Source: Bacteroidota bacterium (GTDB lineage: Bacteria; Bacteroidota; Bacteroidia; Cytophagales; ES-bin-26). Taken from it: 64,000 nucleotides of DNA. Positions 48,360 through 59,574 of this stretch are shown here, in pieces. The notes under the pieces were generated by a model, which did no database searches, was not told the origin of the DNA, and saw only the letters and a program-made list of their open reading frames with translations. Each line of letters begins with the position of its first letter. Positions within the stretch are counted from its first letter, which is position 1. Location of the stretch: positions 1,038 to 65,037 of the forward strand of contig JAZKGK010000025.1 of NCBI GenBank assembly GCA_040385915.1. The letters run 5' to 3'. The translations under genes were made by a program, and so were the position numbers.

Positions 48360-49640
48360 CTACTTGTCTGATGGCAACTTAGTGACTAAAGCCTGTCCAT
48401 TGCCATTTAACGTATTATCACCCATGATGGTATGGCCCATTTTGTCACGTTTAGTGATCAGGTAGTGCTCGTTGTGCGGATTGGAGGCAATCTCTACTTT
48501 CACACATTCTACAATTTCCAACCCATAGCCCATCAAGCCCGCGCGTTTTTTTGGATTATTGCTGATGAGTTTAATCTTGCGAATGCCCAAGTCGCGCAGA
48601 ATTTGAGCGCCAACGCCATAATCACGCTCATCCATTTGAAAGCCCAATTCAATATTGGCCTGTACCGTATCGCGTCCCATCTCCTGAAGTTTATAGGCCT
48701 TCAGCTTGTTCAATAAGCCAATCCCTCTTCCTTCCTGGTTCATATACAAGACCAAACCCTTGCCCGCCTTCTCCACCATTTCCATGGCCGCGTGCAACTG
48801 GGCACCGCAATCGCAACGACAGGAGCCAAAAATATCGCCAGTAGCGCAGGAAGAATGTACCCGCACCAGCACCGATTCATTTTCTTCCCAACTGCCCTTG
48901 ACCAAAGCCAGGTGTAAATCACCCGTGTTTATTTGACGATAGGCAATCAGGTCAAAATCGCCCCATTCAGTAGGCATTTTGACGCCTATTTCCCTCTTTA
49001 TAAGGCTTTCTTTTTGCAGTCGGTATTCGATCAGATCTTTGATCGACACGAGTTTGATACCAAAATGGTCGGCTACTCTCCGCAGTTCGGGCAGTCGGGC
49101 CATCGTACCATCATCGTGCAATATTTCCACCAATACGCCTGCTGGTTGGAGGCCAGCCAGGCGAGCAAAATCCATAGAGGCTTCGGTATGACCAGCCCGG
49201 CGAAGTACACCGCCCTTTTTGGCTCGTAAAGGAAAAATATGTCCGGGGCGGCCCAAATCCTCTGGCTTAGTAGCCGGATTTACCAAAGCCTGAATGGTTT
49301 TGGAACGATCCATGGCTGAAATTCCAGTGGTGCAACCATTCCCCAGCAAATCTACTGATACAGTAAACGGCGTTTCGTGCGTAGCCGTATTCCGGCCAAC
49401 CATCAACTCCAGCCCCAATTCCTCGCAGCGTTCTTCCGTCAGTGATACGCAAATGAGACCACCTGCCTGTTTACGCATGAAATTAATGATTTCGGGGGTT
49501 ATGCATTCGGCAGCACACACCAAGTCACCTTCATTTTCCCGATCCTCATCGTCTACCACCACAATGGTCTTTCCTTGACGAATGTCTTCCAAGGCTTCCT
49601 CAATGGTATCCAATTTTATGCTTGATGCGTTAGTATCCAT
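48360..49640 (-). CDS. ribBA: Bifunctional 3,4-dihydroxy-2-butanone-4-phosphate synthase / GTP cyclohydrolase II
   Basis: [27 protein letters not shown]; [28 protein letters not shown] and [10 protein letters not shown]. Confidence 0.97.
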   Translation of the reverse strand: MDTNASSIKLDTIEEALEDIRQGKTIVVVDDEDRENEGDLVCAAECITPEIINFMRKQAGGLICVSLTEERCEELGLELMVGRNTATHETPFTVSVDLLGNGCTTGISAMDRSKTIQALVNPATKPEDLGRPGHIFPLRAKKGGVLRRAGHTEASMDFARLAGLQPAGVLVEILHDDGTMARLPELRRVADHFGIKLVSIKDLIEYRLQKESLIKREIGVKMPTEWGDFDLIAYRQINTGDLHLALVKGSWEENESVLVRVHSSCATGDIFGSCRCDCGAQLHAAMEMVEKAGKGLVLYMNQEGRGIGLLNKLKAYKLQEMGRDTVQANIELGFQMDERDYGVGAQILRDLGIRKIKLISNNPKKRAGLMGYGLEIVECVKVEIASNPHNEHYLITKRDKMGHTIMGDNTLNGNGQALVTKLPSDK

Positions 49641-49885
49641 AGTATCAATATTTAATCAGTAATGTTTTTTAACCCTCCCAATGGCGTAAAGGTAGAACTT
49701 CCGTGAAAATAAAACGGCTCGGCCATTGACTGGTTTTATCCTGCTAACAAAAAAATACGTGAGTTAATTTATTAAAAAAAATTGAGGTGGCTAGGCGTCC
49801 AATGCACCTATTTTGTTCATAAGAATTGATTTCTCTTTTACGCTGGAAGTAAAACCTACGTGTCTAAATCTAGATTTCAACGCCC

Positions 49886-50254
49886 ATGAATGCTTTACAA
49901 CTAGACTTCATCCTGCAGGAGTTAAACCGATTTACCCAATTTCACGGAATAAAAATTGGCCATCAAAATACTGGCCCTGCGCTGGATGCGTTATCGCAGT
50001 TTTCGCTAAAAAGAAAAAACCTTATCCTGTACGAAGCTATTATCTGGTGCGTAATCCTATTGGTTTGCTTATGTATGCTCCTGTTCTTTAGAAAGAAGCC
50101 TTTAACTCCCTCCTCCACAGCCCTGTATGCCACAATGATTTTCGGGAGTTTTGGGTTACTCCTACGAGCCATGTATGCCCTGGGCCGCAACCGCAAATTC
50201 CGCATGATTGTGAAACTGTTGCAATTAGAATACCAGGCAGTAAGCAATGAGTAG
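49886..50254 (+). CDS. Hypothetical two-TM membrane protein
   Basis: 122-aa ATG ORF with two hydrophobic segments. Confidence 0.5.
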   Translation: MNALQLDFILQELNRFTQFHGIKIGHQNTGPALDALSQFSLKRKNLILYEAIIWCVILLVCLCMLLFFRKKPLTPSSTALYATMIFGSFGLLLRAMYALGRNRKFRMIVKLLQLEYQAVSNE

Positions 50255-50348
50255 GGAAGAATGAGTCCAGCGTGGAACGCAATGAATAATTATGTATCGG
50301 AACAACGGTTGAAGGCAGTATCCGGTGCAATGCATCCGAGAATCGCGG

Positions 50349-51122
50349 TCAGTCCTTAGAGGAGATAAGTTTACAGCGTTCCAAAAAATCATTCTTCTTT
50401 CGGGCGGACACTTCCACGTAGGTTCCATCTTCCAACTCCAGGTAGCCGCCTTTGCCGCGATGGTATTTTTTTACAAAAGAAAGATTGATCAACTGCGAAT
50501 GGTGTACCCGACAGAAAACGTTTTGATCCAATAGGCTTTCAATTTCTTTGAGGCTCTTGGAAATGACTAACTTCTCATTGCCAGTGCAGTAAATGAAGGT
50601 ATAAGCCCCACTGGCTTCACAACGGATAATCTGATGGGGAAATAAGAATACATACCCTTCCAGGGTGGGAAATCCTACTTTGGCAGGCCGGGCAGGAGAC
50701 AATGGCGAGGGCGATGCCAAGGTCTTTAGGAAAGCCAGTAGGTTTTCGTTAACGACTCGGTTGCGAATTCGGTTTTGGGCTCTTTCTACCGCCTGTACTA
50801 ATTCGTCTTCATCAATTGGTTTCAGCAAATAGTCGATGGAATTGTATTTAAAGGCTTGTATGGCATAGTGATGAAAAGCCGTGATAAAAATGACTTCAAA
50901 TCCAATTGGCTGTAGCTGATCCAGCAGGTCAAATCCAGTACCCCTTTGTATTTCAATATCCAGGAAAATCAACTCGGGGCGGATTTCGTTGATCAAGGTA
51001 TACGCTTTCAGGCAATCACCCTCTACTCCTTGAACAACCACTTCGGGGCAATGGTCTGTTAATAGCTGTGTTAATACAATCGCATTTTTAGGTTCATCTT
51101 CTACAATAACCGCTCTGATCAT
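50349..51122 (-). CDS. LytR/AlgR family response regulator (REC + LytTR)
   Basis: VIVEDE, FLDIE, FITA, DYLLKP; FCRVHHSQLINL...VEVSARKK. Confidence 0.93.
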   Translation of the reverse strand: MIRAVIVEDEPKNAIVLTQLLTDHCPEVVVQGVEGDCLKAYTLINEIRPELIFLDIEIQRGTGFDLLDQLQPIGFEVIFITAFHHYAIQAFKYNSIDYLLKPIDEDELVQAVERAQNRIRNRVVNENLLAFLKTLASPSPLSPARPAKVGFPTLEGYVFLFPHQIIRCEASGAYTFIYCTGNEKLVISKSLKEIESLLDQNVFCRVHHSQLINLSFVKKYHRGKGGYLELEDGTYVEVSARKKNDFLERCKLISSKD

Positions 51123-51220
51123 ACTATGGTGAATTTAGAAATGGTATGTACTTTCTAATGGGGCGTAACTCATAACTTCTGGTCTAATTTAAAAGAAACC
51201 TGGGTGCGGTAACTTTTAAA

Positions 51221-54154
51221 TTAGACCAGCGGTTGTCTATACGCCTGAATGGTAATGGGATCCGGAATTGTTACATACACTTTTGTACCGCAAGGCATGC
51301 CCATTTCGTCTAGCAAATCTTCGGTAGTCATATCAATATTTGTGCTCAATACGCTTTTGAGCAAAAGGATTCGGCGAGAATTAATATTGGTTGATTTGGA
51401 TTGATGAGTCATGAACCGATGGTTTTTGTATTCGGCGGCCTTTTTCCGACCCACGCCATTGTCGGTTACCTGGCAGCACAATTGCTCAGATTGGTAAGAA
51501 AAGTGGAGGCAAACTTTTCCTTTGCCATCTGTCTTGTGCTGAATTCCATGCCGGATGCTGTTTTCGAGTAAGGGCTGTAAGATCATATTCGGAACGGTGA
51601 TGTGACGAATGGGGACGTCTGGATCCATTGTAATGCTGAAGTCAAAGTTGTTGTTAAACCGCATTTGCTCTACTTCCATGTAGTTGGAAAGATAGCTGAT
51701 TTCGTCTGCCAGCGGCATGTACAGTTGAGAGGCTTGATCCAGGGTTTGCCGGATAAGGCTGGCAAAGCGAGTAAGCAACCGGTTGGCCTGCTTTACTTCT
51801 TTTTCATAGATCGCGTGTTGAAGGGAAGTCAAGCAGTTGAAAATAAAATGCGGATCCATTTGGGCACGAAGGGCCATCAATTCCAATTGTATGATTTTGT
51901 TTTCTAACGATTCTCTTTCCCTTTCCCGTATCCGTATCTTCTTAAGACGCCAATACGTAATCCAGATGCCCAAACCGGTTAGGAGAGCACTGAGCAACGC
52001 AAAAAAGACTACACTTTTATAAAAGGGCATGGGCACAACCAGGTGAATCTGTATGGGCTTGCTGACAACGCCATATGCATTGGTCGCCACGATTTCCAGG
52101 GTATAGTCGCCATAGGGAAGCGAAGTCAATTGGATGGAGCGTTGAGGAGCTGGATGCCAGTCCTTATACACCCCATTCAGCCGATAACGGTACTGCATGC
52201 GACCTTCCGACTTAAACGAGAGCGCCACAAATTCTACGCTAAAGTTTTTTTCGTTCGACGTAATGACGTACGTTTTTTGCAAGGGCACGGCTTGCTCATT
52301 AATTAAAACCCTGGTAGGATGCAAATTGCACGTGGATTTCTGTTTGATTTTGGTTTCATCAAAAAAACTGACGCCTTGAGCCGTTCCAATGCATACCGTA
52401 TCTCCGCTTAGAAGCAGGTGCTCAATGTTGTTGGAGACCAAGCCGTCAGAAGTGGTATATTGGGCAATGTCCACCGTTTTACCACGGGCGCGGACACGAT
52501 TTAAGCCGTTGAAGGTGCCCACCCAAACATCATTTCCCCGGCTGGCGATTGTATGGCAAATGTTGTTGCTCAATCCTTCCTTTTCGGAGAGATGCAACGT
52601 GACTCGATTCTTTTCCAGTCGGAGCAAGCCATTTCCGCAGGTTCCCACCCACAAGGCACCATCTGCTGTCGCTTGTATGGACGCAATGCGGCATCGCAAC
52701 AAGGGGTGAGTATGACCTAAAAACTCAGTTTTGCCGTTTTCTGACAAACAGTACAATCCATTCAAGGTACCGATGTAAATGGTTTTTCCTTGTTGAAACA
52801 CGACGGTAGCGCGTTCGTGCCAAAGCGTATCTACCTTCGAAAAGTCATTTTCATCCACGCGTATAACGTTCCGATGAGAAGCAATTAAAAGTTTACTTCC
52901 GGGCAGATCATAAACACTTTTAGGATACACCCATAGACGATTCGCAGGCTCCAATCCAGGTGCACCCTTTTCAATCCAGTTATCAACGTGAATGAGCCAG
53001 TCATTCTTATCACCCGGTTTGATGAATAGAATGCGATAAGGGAACGGAAATAGGTACTTTTTAACTTTATATGCCTGGATTTTCTGGAAATCAGGGGTGG
53101 TAAGAAAGCGGGAAGCACTCGTTCCGATCAGGAAGTCATTTTTGTATTTGCCTAAGAAACTCACTTGGGACGGAACGCCAGTATACTTCTCCGGGTGAAA
53201 GGATTGGACGTGCGGAGAAATTAACCGATAGAGGCCATCACCCATCACAGAAAACCACAGGTTGTCTTCCTGGTCTTCAAAAACACAGCCAATGTTTTTA
53301 TTGGGTAAAAAGACAAGGGGTTTTTGGTGGGGCTGCAAAAAGCTGTATTGAAAAGCGCCCTGGTTGGTACAGGCAAAGAAAATGCTATCCCGGATCAGGG
53401 AGAAACCAAGCATAGGGCGGTTGATCGAAAAATGAAATGTCGACGAATACTTTTTTGATACGGCTTTTAACCTATCTTTTGTAAAGAAAGCAGATACGTA
53501 CGCCTGGGAGGACAAACTGATTTGCCGAAACGGAGTTTGATTGCTCGGATGCCATTCCGTAGTCTTTTCCAGACACCGTAGGACTTGCTTTCGGTATTGG
53601 TAGTAGCCGCTTTTCATAATAAAGGAGATGCCTCCTTCTGGACAACTACTCATCCGGGTACATCCCTCAATGGGCACGCCGCCGATTTCCGAAAATGTAG
53701 TAACCTGGTGGGTGGGAGAGATTCGGTACAGAAAGTTTCCTTCCGCAAGCCATACATTTCCTTCCAGGTCTTGCGCAGCGCTATGAAGCCGGTCTTGCAT
53801 CCGAATCGTTTTTAGAAAAGGGGTGTTTTCAGGCGTATGAAACGTACCCTGCTCATAATAGCACACTGATTTTTTGAAGGGAAGTAGCCAAATGCGGCCT
53901 TCCCGATCCTGAGAAATACCCATAATCTCGTTATCAGGTAGGCCATCTGCTACGGTAAAGGTTTGAAAGCGAGTGCCATCGTACCGGCAAAGACCTGCCT
54001 CCGTTGCAAACCACATAAAGCCATCCCGATCCTGGTAAATAAAAAAGACATTCAAGCTGGGCAAGCCCTGGCTCATGTCGTAATGAGCATACCGGTACTC
54101 CTGACCATATAGCGCAGAACTGAACAAGAGAAAAAATGCACAAATGGCCTTCAT
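51221..54154 (-). CDS. LytS-type sensor kinase with periplasmic Reg_prop beta-propellers and Y_Y_Y domain
   Basis: GLP...QDRDGFMWFAT..GL propeller repeats; YRYRL..LPYGDYTLEI; TM; ALRAQMDPHFIFNCL; LQPLLENSIRHG; DNGVGR. Confidence 0.92.
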   Translation of the reverse strand: MKAICAFFLLFSSALYGQEYRYAHYDMSQGLPSLNVFFIYQDRDGFMWFATEAGLCRYDGTRFQTFTVADGLPDNEIMGISQDREGRIWLLPFKKSVCYYEQGTFHTPENTPFLKTIRMQDRLHSAAQDLEGNVWLAEGNFLYRISPTHQVTTFSEIGGVPIEGCTRMSSCPEGGISFIMKSGYYQYRKQVLRCLEKTTEWHPSNQTPFRQISLSSQAYVSAFFTKDRLKAVSKKYSSTFHFSINRPMLGFSLIRDSIFFACTNQGAFQYSFLQPHQKPLVFLPNKNIGCVFEDQEDNLWFSVMGDGLYRLISPHVQSFHPEKYTGVPSQVSFLGKYKNDFLIGTSASRFLTTPDFQKIQAYKVKKYLFPFPYRILFIKPGDKNDWLIHVDNWIEKGAPGLEPANRLWVYPKSVYDLPGSKLLIASHRNVIRVDENDFSKVDTLWHERATVVFQQGKTIYIGTLNGLYCLSENGKTEFLGHTHPLLRCRIASIQATADGALWVGTCGNGLLRLEKNRVTLHLSEKEGLSNNICHTIASRGNDVWVGTFNGLNRVRARGKTVDIAQYTTSDGLVSNNIEHLLLSGDTVCIGTAQGVSFFDETKIKQKSTCNLHPTRVLINEQAVPLQKTYVITSNEKNFSVEFVALSFKSEGRMQYRYRLNGVYKDWHPAPQRSIQLTSLPYGDYTLEIVATNAYGVVSKPIQIHLVVPMPFYKSVVFFALLSALLTGLGIWITYWRLKKIRIRERERESLENKIIQLELMALRAQMDPHFIFNCLTSLQHAIYEKEVKQANRLLTRFASLIRQTLDQASQLYMPLADEISYLSNYMEVEQMRFNNNFDFSITMDPDVPIRHITVPNMILQPLLENSIRHGIQHKTDGKGKVCLHFSYQSEQLCCQVTDNGVGRKKAAEYKNHRFMTHQSKSTNINSRRILLLKSVLSTNIDMTTEDLLDEMGMPCGTKVYVTIPDPITIQAYRQPLV

Positions 54155-54289
54155 CGACGCGCCTGATTAAAAACACAAATGGTAAGAAGAAACAGTAGGC
54201 GAAATTCATACTATTTCCATCCTTACATAAAAGCCAGACAATCTATGACTTGTTGCCGCCAATGAAAATACGGCCATAGGCCTATTGGC

Positions 54290-54321
54290 ACACTTATTCA
54301 GTCTAATGCTACACTTATTCA
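54290..54321 (+). promoter_or_regulatory. LytTR-type direct-repeat binding site
   Basis: ACACTTATTCA at 54290 and 54311 (21-bp period), followed by -7-like TATTCTTG at 54352-54359; adjacent to the LytS/LytTR pair. Confidence 0.65.
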
Positions 54322-54615
54322 TTTGTACTAACTACTGCATTTTACTATCCGTATTCTTGCTCGGTATTGATCCTGACCCGATAGCATTTTCGCCAACAAG
54401 AGTTCCAATAGGAGGGATTAATACACCGCTTTGAGCAGGTTTCCCTGCAGTTGATGAAATGGAATATTGCTTTAGTAGTCACACTGCTCACTAGCAACCA
54501 AATTGCCGTGAAAGCGATCAAAAGATCATGAGATTTACTTTATTGAATGTATTGTCTGGGCGGGTATAAAATTAATCAATATCTATCTAATCTAGTTTAA
54601 ATCCATCTTAAATCC

Positions 54616-57165
54616 ATGAAAAAAATACTAACCAAATTGGTGGGATGTCTACTCCTCCATTTTACATTTTACATGGCTGCGGTTGCCCAAAATCCTGTTA
54701 TTATCACGTATAGTAGTACGGTTAATATTCAATCTATTGTAGGCCCTAAACCAGCAGGTACTACTTATATTATTAAATCGGGCATGTACCGGATGCAGGA
54801 AATCACCCCTAAAAACGGAGATAAGTTTATAGGCGAGCCCGGAACCATATTGAATGGCGCTCGGATTCTGACGGCTTGGACCAAAGATCCTCAGACCAAT
54901 TATTGGGTGCACACTGGCCAAACGCAGCAAGTGCAGCGCTATCAAGCTTGCGTGGGGAGTTATACGGCCTGTAGATTCCCAGAAGATTTATACAAGAAGA
55001 ATGTGCCACTCCGACAAGAGGAGTTATTTTATAAAAATTCTATTGGAACTATTCTGAAGCAAGAAGAGATTGAAACCCAAACGGTCACTCCCGTCATACC
55101 GGTACTTGATCCAGGCGAATGGTTTTTCGACTACCTCAATGACAAAGTATACATGTATGACAACCCAACTGATCCAGCCAATCAACCCATGGAAATCAGC
55201 GTTTCCAGACGAGCCTTCGGCGGCTCAGCTAGTTCCGTCACCATTCAAGGGTTAGTGGTGGAGAAGTATGCTATTCCTGGCCATATGGCCGCTATTGGCG
55301 ATCAATTTCCCGGCTCAGGTTGGGTTATTGAAAATAACGAAGTCCGCTTGAATCATGGCCAAGGCATTAATTTTACGGGTACGGCCACTATTCGTGGGAA
55401 TTTTATTCACCACAATGGTCAAATGGGCTTAGGAGGTAGCCGTAGTACCAATGCTGTGGTTGAAAACAATGAAATGTCCTACAACACATTACCGCAAATT
55501 GGTTTTTCCTGGAGGGATGAAGGCGGCGCCAGCAAATTTTCTGAAAGTGACGGGCTGATTATTAGAAATAACCATTCGCATCATAATTATGGCCCGGGTT
55601 TATGGACAGATTCAAACAACATGCTTACCCTCTACGAAGGCAATACGATTCACGACAATATAGGTCCTGGTATCTTCCACGAAATTAGTTACGATGCCAC
55701 CATCCGTTGTAATAAGATCGAGCGCAACAAAGATGAAACGGAGGCTCAAATTCTGATCGCCAATTCGAAAAACGTCGAAGTATATAACAACAAAATAGTT
55801 ATGGATAATCCGGGAGGCGATCCTATTATGATTAAGCAAGGGAAGCGAGCTAACACTGATTCAACTATCAGATATTACTCTACAGGCAATTACATCCACC
55901 ACAACGATATTACGTATCTATTTGACAGGAAATCTACTGGAGCGACCCCTTCGTATGATATAGCCAACTTCTGGGCTACCGGCAATAACCGGTTCAATTT
56001 CAATGCATATCACGTACCCGCCGTGGCTGATGCCTCGCAGCAAAAGCGTTGGTTATGGGGACAGAACACAACAGCAAGCGCTAAAAACTGGAACGAGTTT
56101 CGGGCTCTAGGACAAGAAGCAAACGGCACCGTTGACAACAATCTGACTGCCACGGCTGCGCTGACGGTCAATGCAGGTATTGACAAAACGCTTACGCTAC
56201 CGACCAGCAGTACCACCCTTACGGGCACCTCTAATTACTTTGGTACCTACACCTGGACTAAACAAAGCGGTTCTTCGGCTACGCTAACCAATGATAATAC
56301 CACTACGTTGAGTTTGACTAATCTGGTGGCCGGCACTTACGTATTTCGCTTTACGGTAAATAATGGCTGCGGCGCGACTGCTTACGATGAAATAACTGTT
56401 ACAGTATATCCTCCCGTTACTGCCCTGTATGAAGCGGAAACCATCTATACAACCTTGGCTGACGTAGGTACCCGAGGAACGGTAGGCATCAGTAATTGCC
56501 CTAGTGCTAGTGGAAGTTCTTTTGTGCGGTTGTATGATGACGGTGATAAAATAAAACTGACGTTTAATATGGCGTTGACGGGCACGTATCAAGTATCGGT
56601 CAGACTGCGGTCCGGCGACGTGAATGGAGCCAGTTCCTTCTGGCCCAACGGTTACGCCTTCACTGTGAATGGCACTTCCACTACGTTCACGGGCGATGCC
56701 AGCACCTTATCGGCTCAAAACTCGTGCGTGGGAACTGCCTACTGGGGTACTATGCGATCGGCTGTCATAAATCTCACCCAAGGTCAAAACTACGTCACAG
56801 TTCTGTCTCAAAAGTTTTTTGCGGCGGTAGACTATCTGGAGGTGAAACGCATCACACCAAACGGCGCTCGCCTGGAAGTGGAGGAACCAAAAATATCAGC
56901 CTTATATTTTATCGTTGCTTATCCGAATCCGTTCCAAGATCAAGTAACTCTGCAAACAACCAGCTTGCCAGCGGGTTTGTACTCCTTTGTACTTAGCGAT
57001 ACTTTCGGCAAGGTGCATAACTCTCAAGAACACACACTGCAAAAGGAGCAGAGTTCACTCACCCTTCAATTCCCTCATGACGGGGCTCATTCCGGCTTGT
57101 ATGTATTAAGAATAGTGAGTGAGGAGAATCAGGTGAGAAAAGTAATCAAACTCCTCCGACACTAG
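54616..57165 (+). CDS. Right-handed beta-helix protein with PKD-like and CBM6/35-like domains and T9SS C-terminal domain
   Basis: Signal peptide; I.NN....N.G.G repeats; VNAGIDKTLTLP PKD; YEAE CBM-like start; AYPNPF...SGLYVL CTD. Confidence 0.85.
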   Translation: MKKILTKLVGCLLLHFTFYMAAVAQNPVIITYSSTVNIQSIVGPKPAGTTYIIKSGMYRMQEITPKNGDKFIGEPGTILNGARILTAWTKDPQTNYWVHTGQTQQVQRYQACVGSYTACRFPEDLYKKNVPLRQEELFYKNSIGTILKQEEIETQTVTPVIPVLDPGEWFFDYLNDKVYMYDNPTDPANQPMEISVSRRAFGGSASSVTIQGLVVEKYAIPGHMAAIGDQFPGSGWVIENNEVRLNHGQGINFTGTATIRGNFIHHNGQMGLGGSRSTNAVVENNEMSYNTLPQIGFSWRDEGGASKFSESDGLIIRNNHSHHNYGPGLWTDSNNMLTLYEGNTIHDNIGPGIFHEISYDATIRCNKIERNKDETEAQILIANSKNVEVYNNKIVMDNPGGDPIMIKQGKRANTDSTIRYYSTGNYIHHNDITYLFDRKSTGATPSYDIANFWATGNNRFNFNAYHVPAVADASQQKRWLWGQNTTASAKNWNEFRALGQEANGTVDNNLTATAALTVNAGIDKTLTLPTSSTTLTGTSNYFGTYTWTKQSGSSATLTNDNTTTLSLTNLVAGTYVFRFTVNNGCGATAYDEITVTVYPPVTALYEAETIYTTLADVGTRGTVGISNCPSASGSSFVRLYDDGDKIKLTFNMALTGTYQVSVRLRSGDVNGASSFWPNGYAFTVNGTSTTFTGDASTLSAQNSCVGTAYWGTMRSAVINLTQGQNYVTVLSQKFFAAVDYLEVKRITPNGARLEVEEPKISALYFIVAYPNPFQDQVTLQTTSLPAGLYSFVLSDTFGKVHNSQEHTLQKEQSSLTLQFPHDGAHSGLYVLRIVSEENQVRKVIKLLRH

Positions 57166-57240
57166 GAACAGAGAATCGACTGATTGACTGTCAGCCTCTT
57201 TTTTCGGCAATCTAATTCCCTTTTGCTTGGCCTGTCGTGC

Positions 57241-57284
57241 GTACCCATCTGGCTGCTTGCTATGCTAGTTAGTCGGATGGGTAC
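57241..57284 (+). terminator. Hairpin downstream of the beta-helix gene
   Basis: GTACCCATCTGGCT...AGTCGGATGGGTAC (with G-U pairs). Confidence 0.45.
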
Positions 57285-57609
57285 CCGTTTGGTTCATTAA
57301 AGGCTGAAACTCATCGAGTCGGCCAAGTCATTTCAGCCCAGGTATATTTTAAAATAGAGAAAAAGTACAACAAGCGTGAGAAAGTAGTCTATTCTTATTG
57401 CTTGCTCGATCCTATCCAACCAATGGGGCACAATACAATTTAAGATAATATTAAAATATTCATAAAAACACACCATCCACTAGCTTACACTGAAATAAAT
57501 TTAATACAATAGAATGTAATATTTGGTTACTTTTCTACCTGTTTAAGTATAAATTTCTACATTTTGACAATTCAAGTTGAATAGAAAAATTTATACTTAA
57601 CCACTGGCT

Positions 57610-59574
57610 ATGAAAATACACGTACAACTTTCCCCGCTATTGTTTCATACGCCTGTCAGAATATTTACTGAAGCCAAAATCACTGCTTTACTCATATTTT
57701 TCCTGACTATTTCTAGTAGCCTGTACGCTCAAAATTTAAGTGGTATTGTCAATGATTATGCACAAGTGAAGGTGCTTAGTGGCAATACGCTTACGCTTAC
57801 CAACGTCTATACGTCACTTGCCAGCTTTGATGCAGGAAACAAAGTAATTGTCATGCAAATGAAAGGCGCTACTACCGATGTAACCGATAGTCCCACTTTT
57901 GGTGCAATCACCGCCTTAGGAAATGCCGGAAATTATGAGTTTGCTACTATACTTTCCAGAAGTGACTCAACTGTATCTTTATCTTCGTTGAGTTTAGCCT
58001 ACAGTGTAGCTGGCGCTGTGCAACTGATTAGCGTCCCCCAATATACAAATGCGACCATCACCGGTACAATAACCGCCGCCCCCTGGAACTCAATCCTGGG
58101 AAGAGGAGGCGTAGTAGCCCTGCAAGTAAGCAATACCCTGACTATGAGCGCAAACATTGATGCCAGCGGACAGGGGTTTATGGGCGGGACTCCTAATGCC
58201 ACTAACGACGGAAGTGCGCATATAAGCTCAGTATATGCCGCCGCCGCGTCTTCTGGTTTTGCGGGTAAAGGCGAAGGCATTGCCTGGACTCCTTTAAATC
58301 AAGAGGCGGCCAGAGGTGCTATGGCTAATGCTGGTGGCGGTGGAAATATTCATAATGGTGGTGGTGGCGGCGGCTCCAATCATACACAGGGTGGCAAAGG
58401 AGGACTTGGATGGATTGACGCCAGCGTTGGTACCGATTACGGCCCCGGATTGGCAGGAAATTCATTGAACTATTCTACCTCTTTTAATAAAGTATTTATG
58501 GGCGGCGGCGGCGGCGCTGGTCAGCAGAACAATGGAGTAGCTTCAAGCGGAGGAAAAGGCGGCGGTATCATATTAGTAGGTGCCAATACATTAACGCTTA
58601 CGGGGGCTTTTTCTATCTCAGCCAACGGCAGCAACGCCAGTAACTCCTACGGGAATGATGGCGCTGGTGGTGGTGGTGCCGGTGGTGCCGTTCTATTGGA
58701 TGTAATTACGTATAATTTATCTGCTATTAATCAACTTGCTGTTCGGGCTAATGGCGGCAATGCTGGGATGGTAAGTGATGGGGCACCTCATGGCGGTGGC
58801 GGCGGTGGTGGAACCGGTATTATTCTGCACAATAAATCTGCGGTGCCGGCCAATGCAAATTTCACGAGTACTGCCGGAAACTTAGGCTTGGATTGTTTTA
58901 CTTGTGCGTCCACTTCGACCTCATCTGCGGGAGAAGCCTGCACGACCTGTAGCGTGGGTAATTTTAGCATGTATGGCCTGGTGTCTTTGCCCATTGAACT
59001 AGTAAGCTTTAGTGGTTCCCTTGTCAATGACCAAGTACAACTGACCTGGCAGACGGCACAGGAAATCAATAACGAATATTTTACGGTCGAAAGAAGTAAT
59101 GACGCCAAGCATTTTTCAGCAGTGCTCCGCATCCAAGGCGCTGGCTCAAGCACCCATCTAATCAATTACCAGGCAGTAGATACCGAGCCTATATGGGCTA
59201 CCACGTATTATCGTTTGAAACAAACAGCTAGCAATGGCGAGGTGACTTCCTCCAAAATCATTGCGATCCACAGCCTTAAGAAAGTAGCTCGTTGGGGAGT
59301 ATATCCAAATCCAGCCCAGCGCGCATCAGCCATTACACTAAAGTTGGTTAGTAATGCAGCGGGTGATGCGGGCGTGGCTGGTTATGAAGCAGGAGAAGTA
59401 CGGATAGCCGTAGCCGATATGTTTGGTAAAGAACTGTATACCCAGTTTTACTCTATTCAGGAAGGGGAAAACAACCTGACGTTAAATCTAATCGACTCGT
59501 TAACTCCCGGCGTGTATTTGCTCTCTGTCCGTTCTACACATCAATCGGAGGTAAAAAGGCTAGTTATCGAATAA
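57610..59574 (+). CDS. Glycine-rich T9SS cargo protein (putative surface/adhesin-like)
   Basis: SGIVNDYA, QMKGA, AGNYEF and GGVVA; many GGGGG runs; LPIELVSFSG...F.VERS..YYRLKQ; YPNP CTD. Confidence 0.82.
   Translation: MKIHVQLSPLLFHTPVRIFTEAKITALLIFFLTISSSLYAQNLSGIVNDYAQVKVLSGNTLTLTNVYTSLASFDAGNKVIVMQMKGATTDVTDSPTFGAITALGNAGNYEFATILSRSDSTVSLSSLSLAYSVAGAVQLISVPQYTNATITGTITAAPWNSILGRGGVVALQVSNTLTMSANIDASGQGFMGGTPNATNDGSAHISSVYAAAASSGFAGKGEGIAWTPLNQEAARGAMANAGGGGNIHNGGGGGGSNHTQGGKGGLGWIDASVGTDYGPGLAGNSLNYSTSFNKVFMGGGGGAGQQNNGVASSGGKGGGIILVGANTLTLTGAFSISANGSNASNSYGNDGAGGGGAGGAVLLDVITYNLSAINQLAVRANGGNAGMVSDGAPHGGGGGGGTGIILHNKSAVPANANFTSTAGNLGLDCFTCASTSTSSAGEACTTCSVGNFSMYGLVSLPIELVSFSGSLVNDQVQLTWQTAQEINNEYFTVERSNDAKHFSAVLRIQGAGSSTHLINYQAVDTEPIWATTYYRLKQTASNGEVTSSKIIAIHSLKKVARWGVYPNPAQRASAITLKLVSNAAGDAGVAGYEAGEVRIAVADMFGKELYTQFYSIQEGENNLTLNLIDSLTPGVYLLSVRSTHQSEVKRLVIE

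Noticed and set aside
49641-49885. FMN riboswitch upstream of ribBA
   Set aside because: No RFN conserved words (e.g. GGGCxGGGTGAAAxTCCCxACCGGCGGT) on the minus strand; the leader is short and AT-rich.
58350-58812. GGC/GGT trinucleotide runs as phase-variable microsatellites
   Set aside because: They are short, in-frame, mixed-codon runs encoding Gly tracts.
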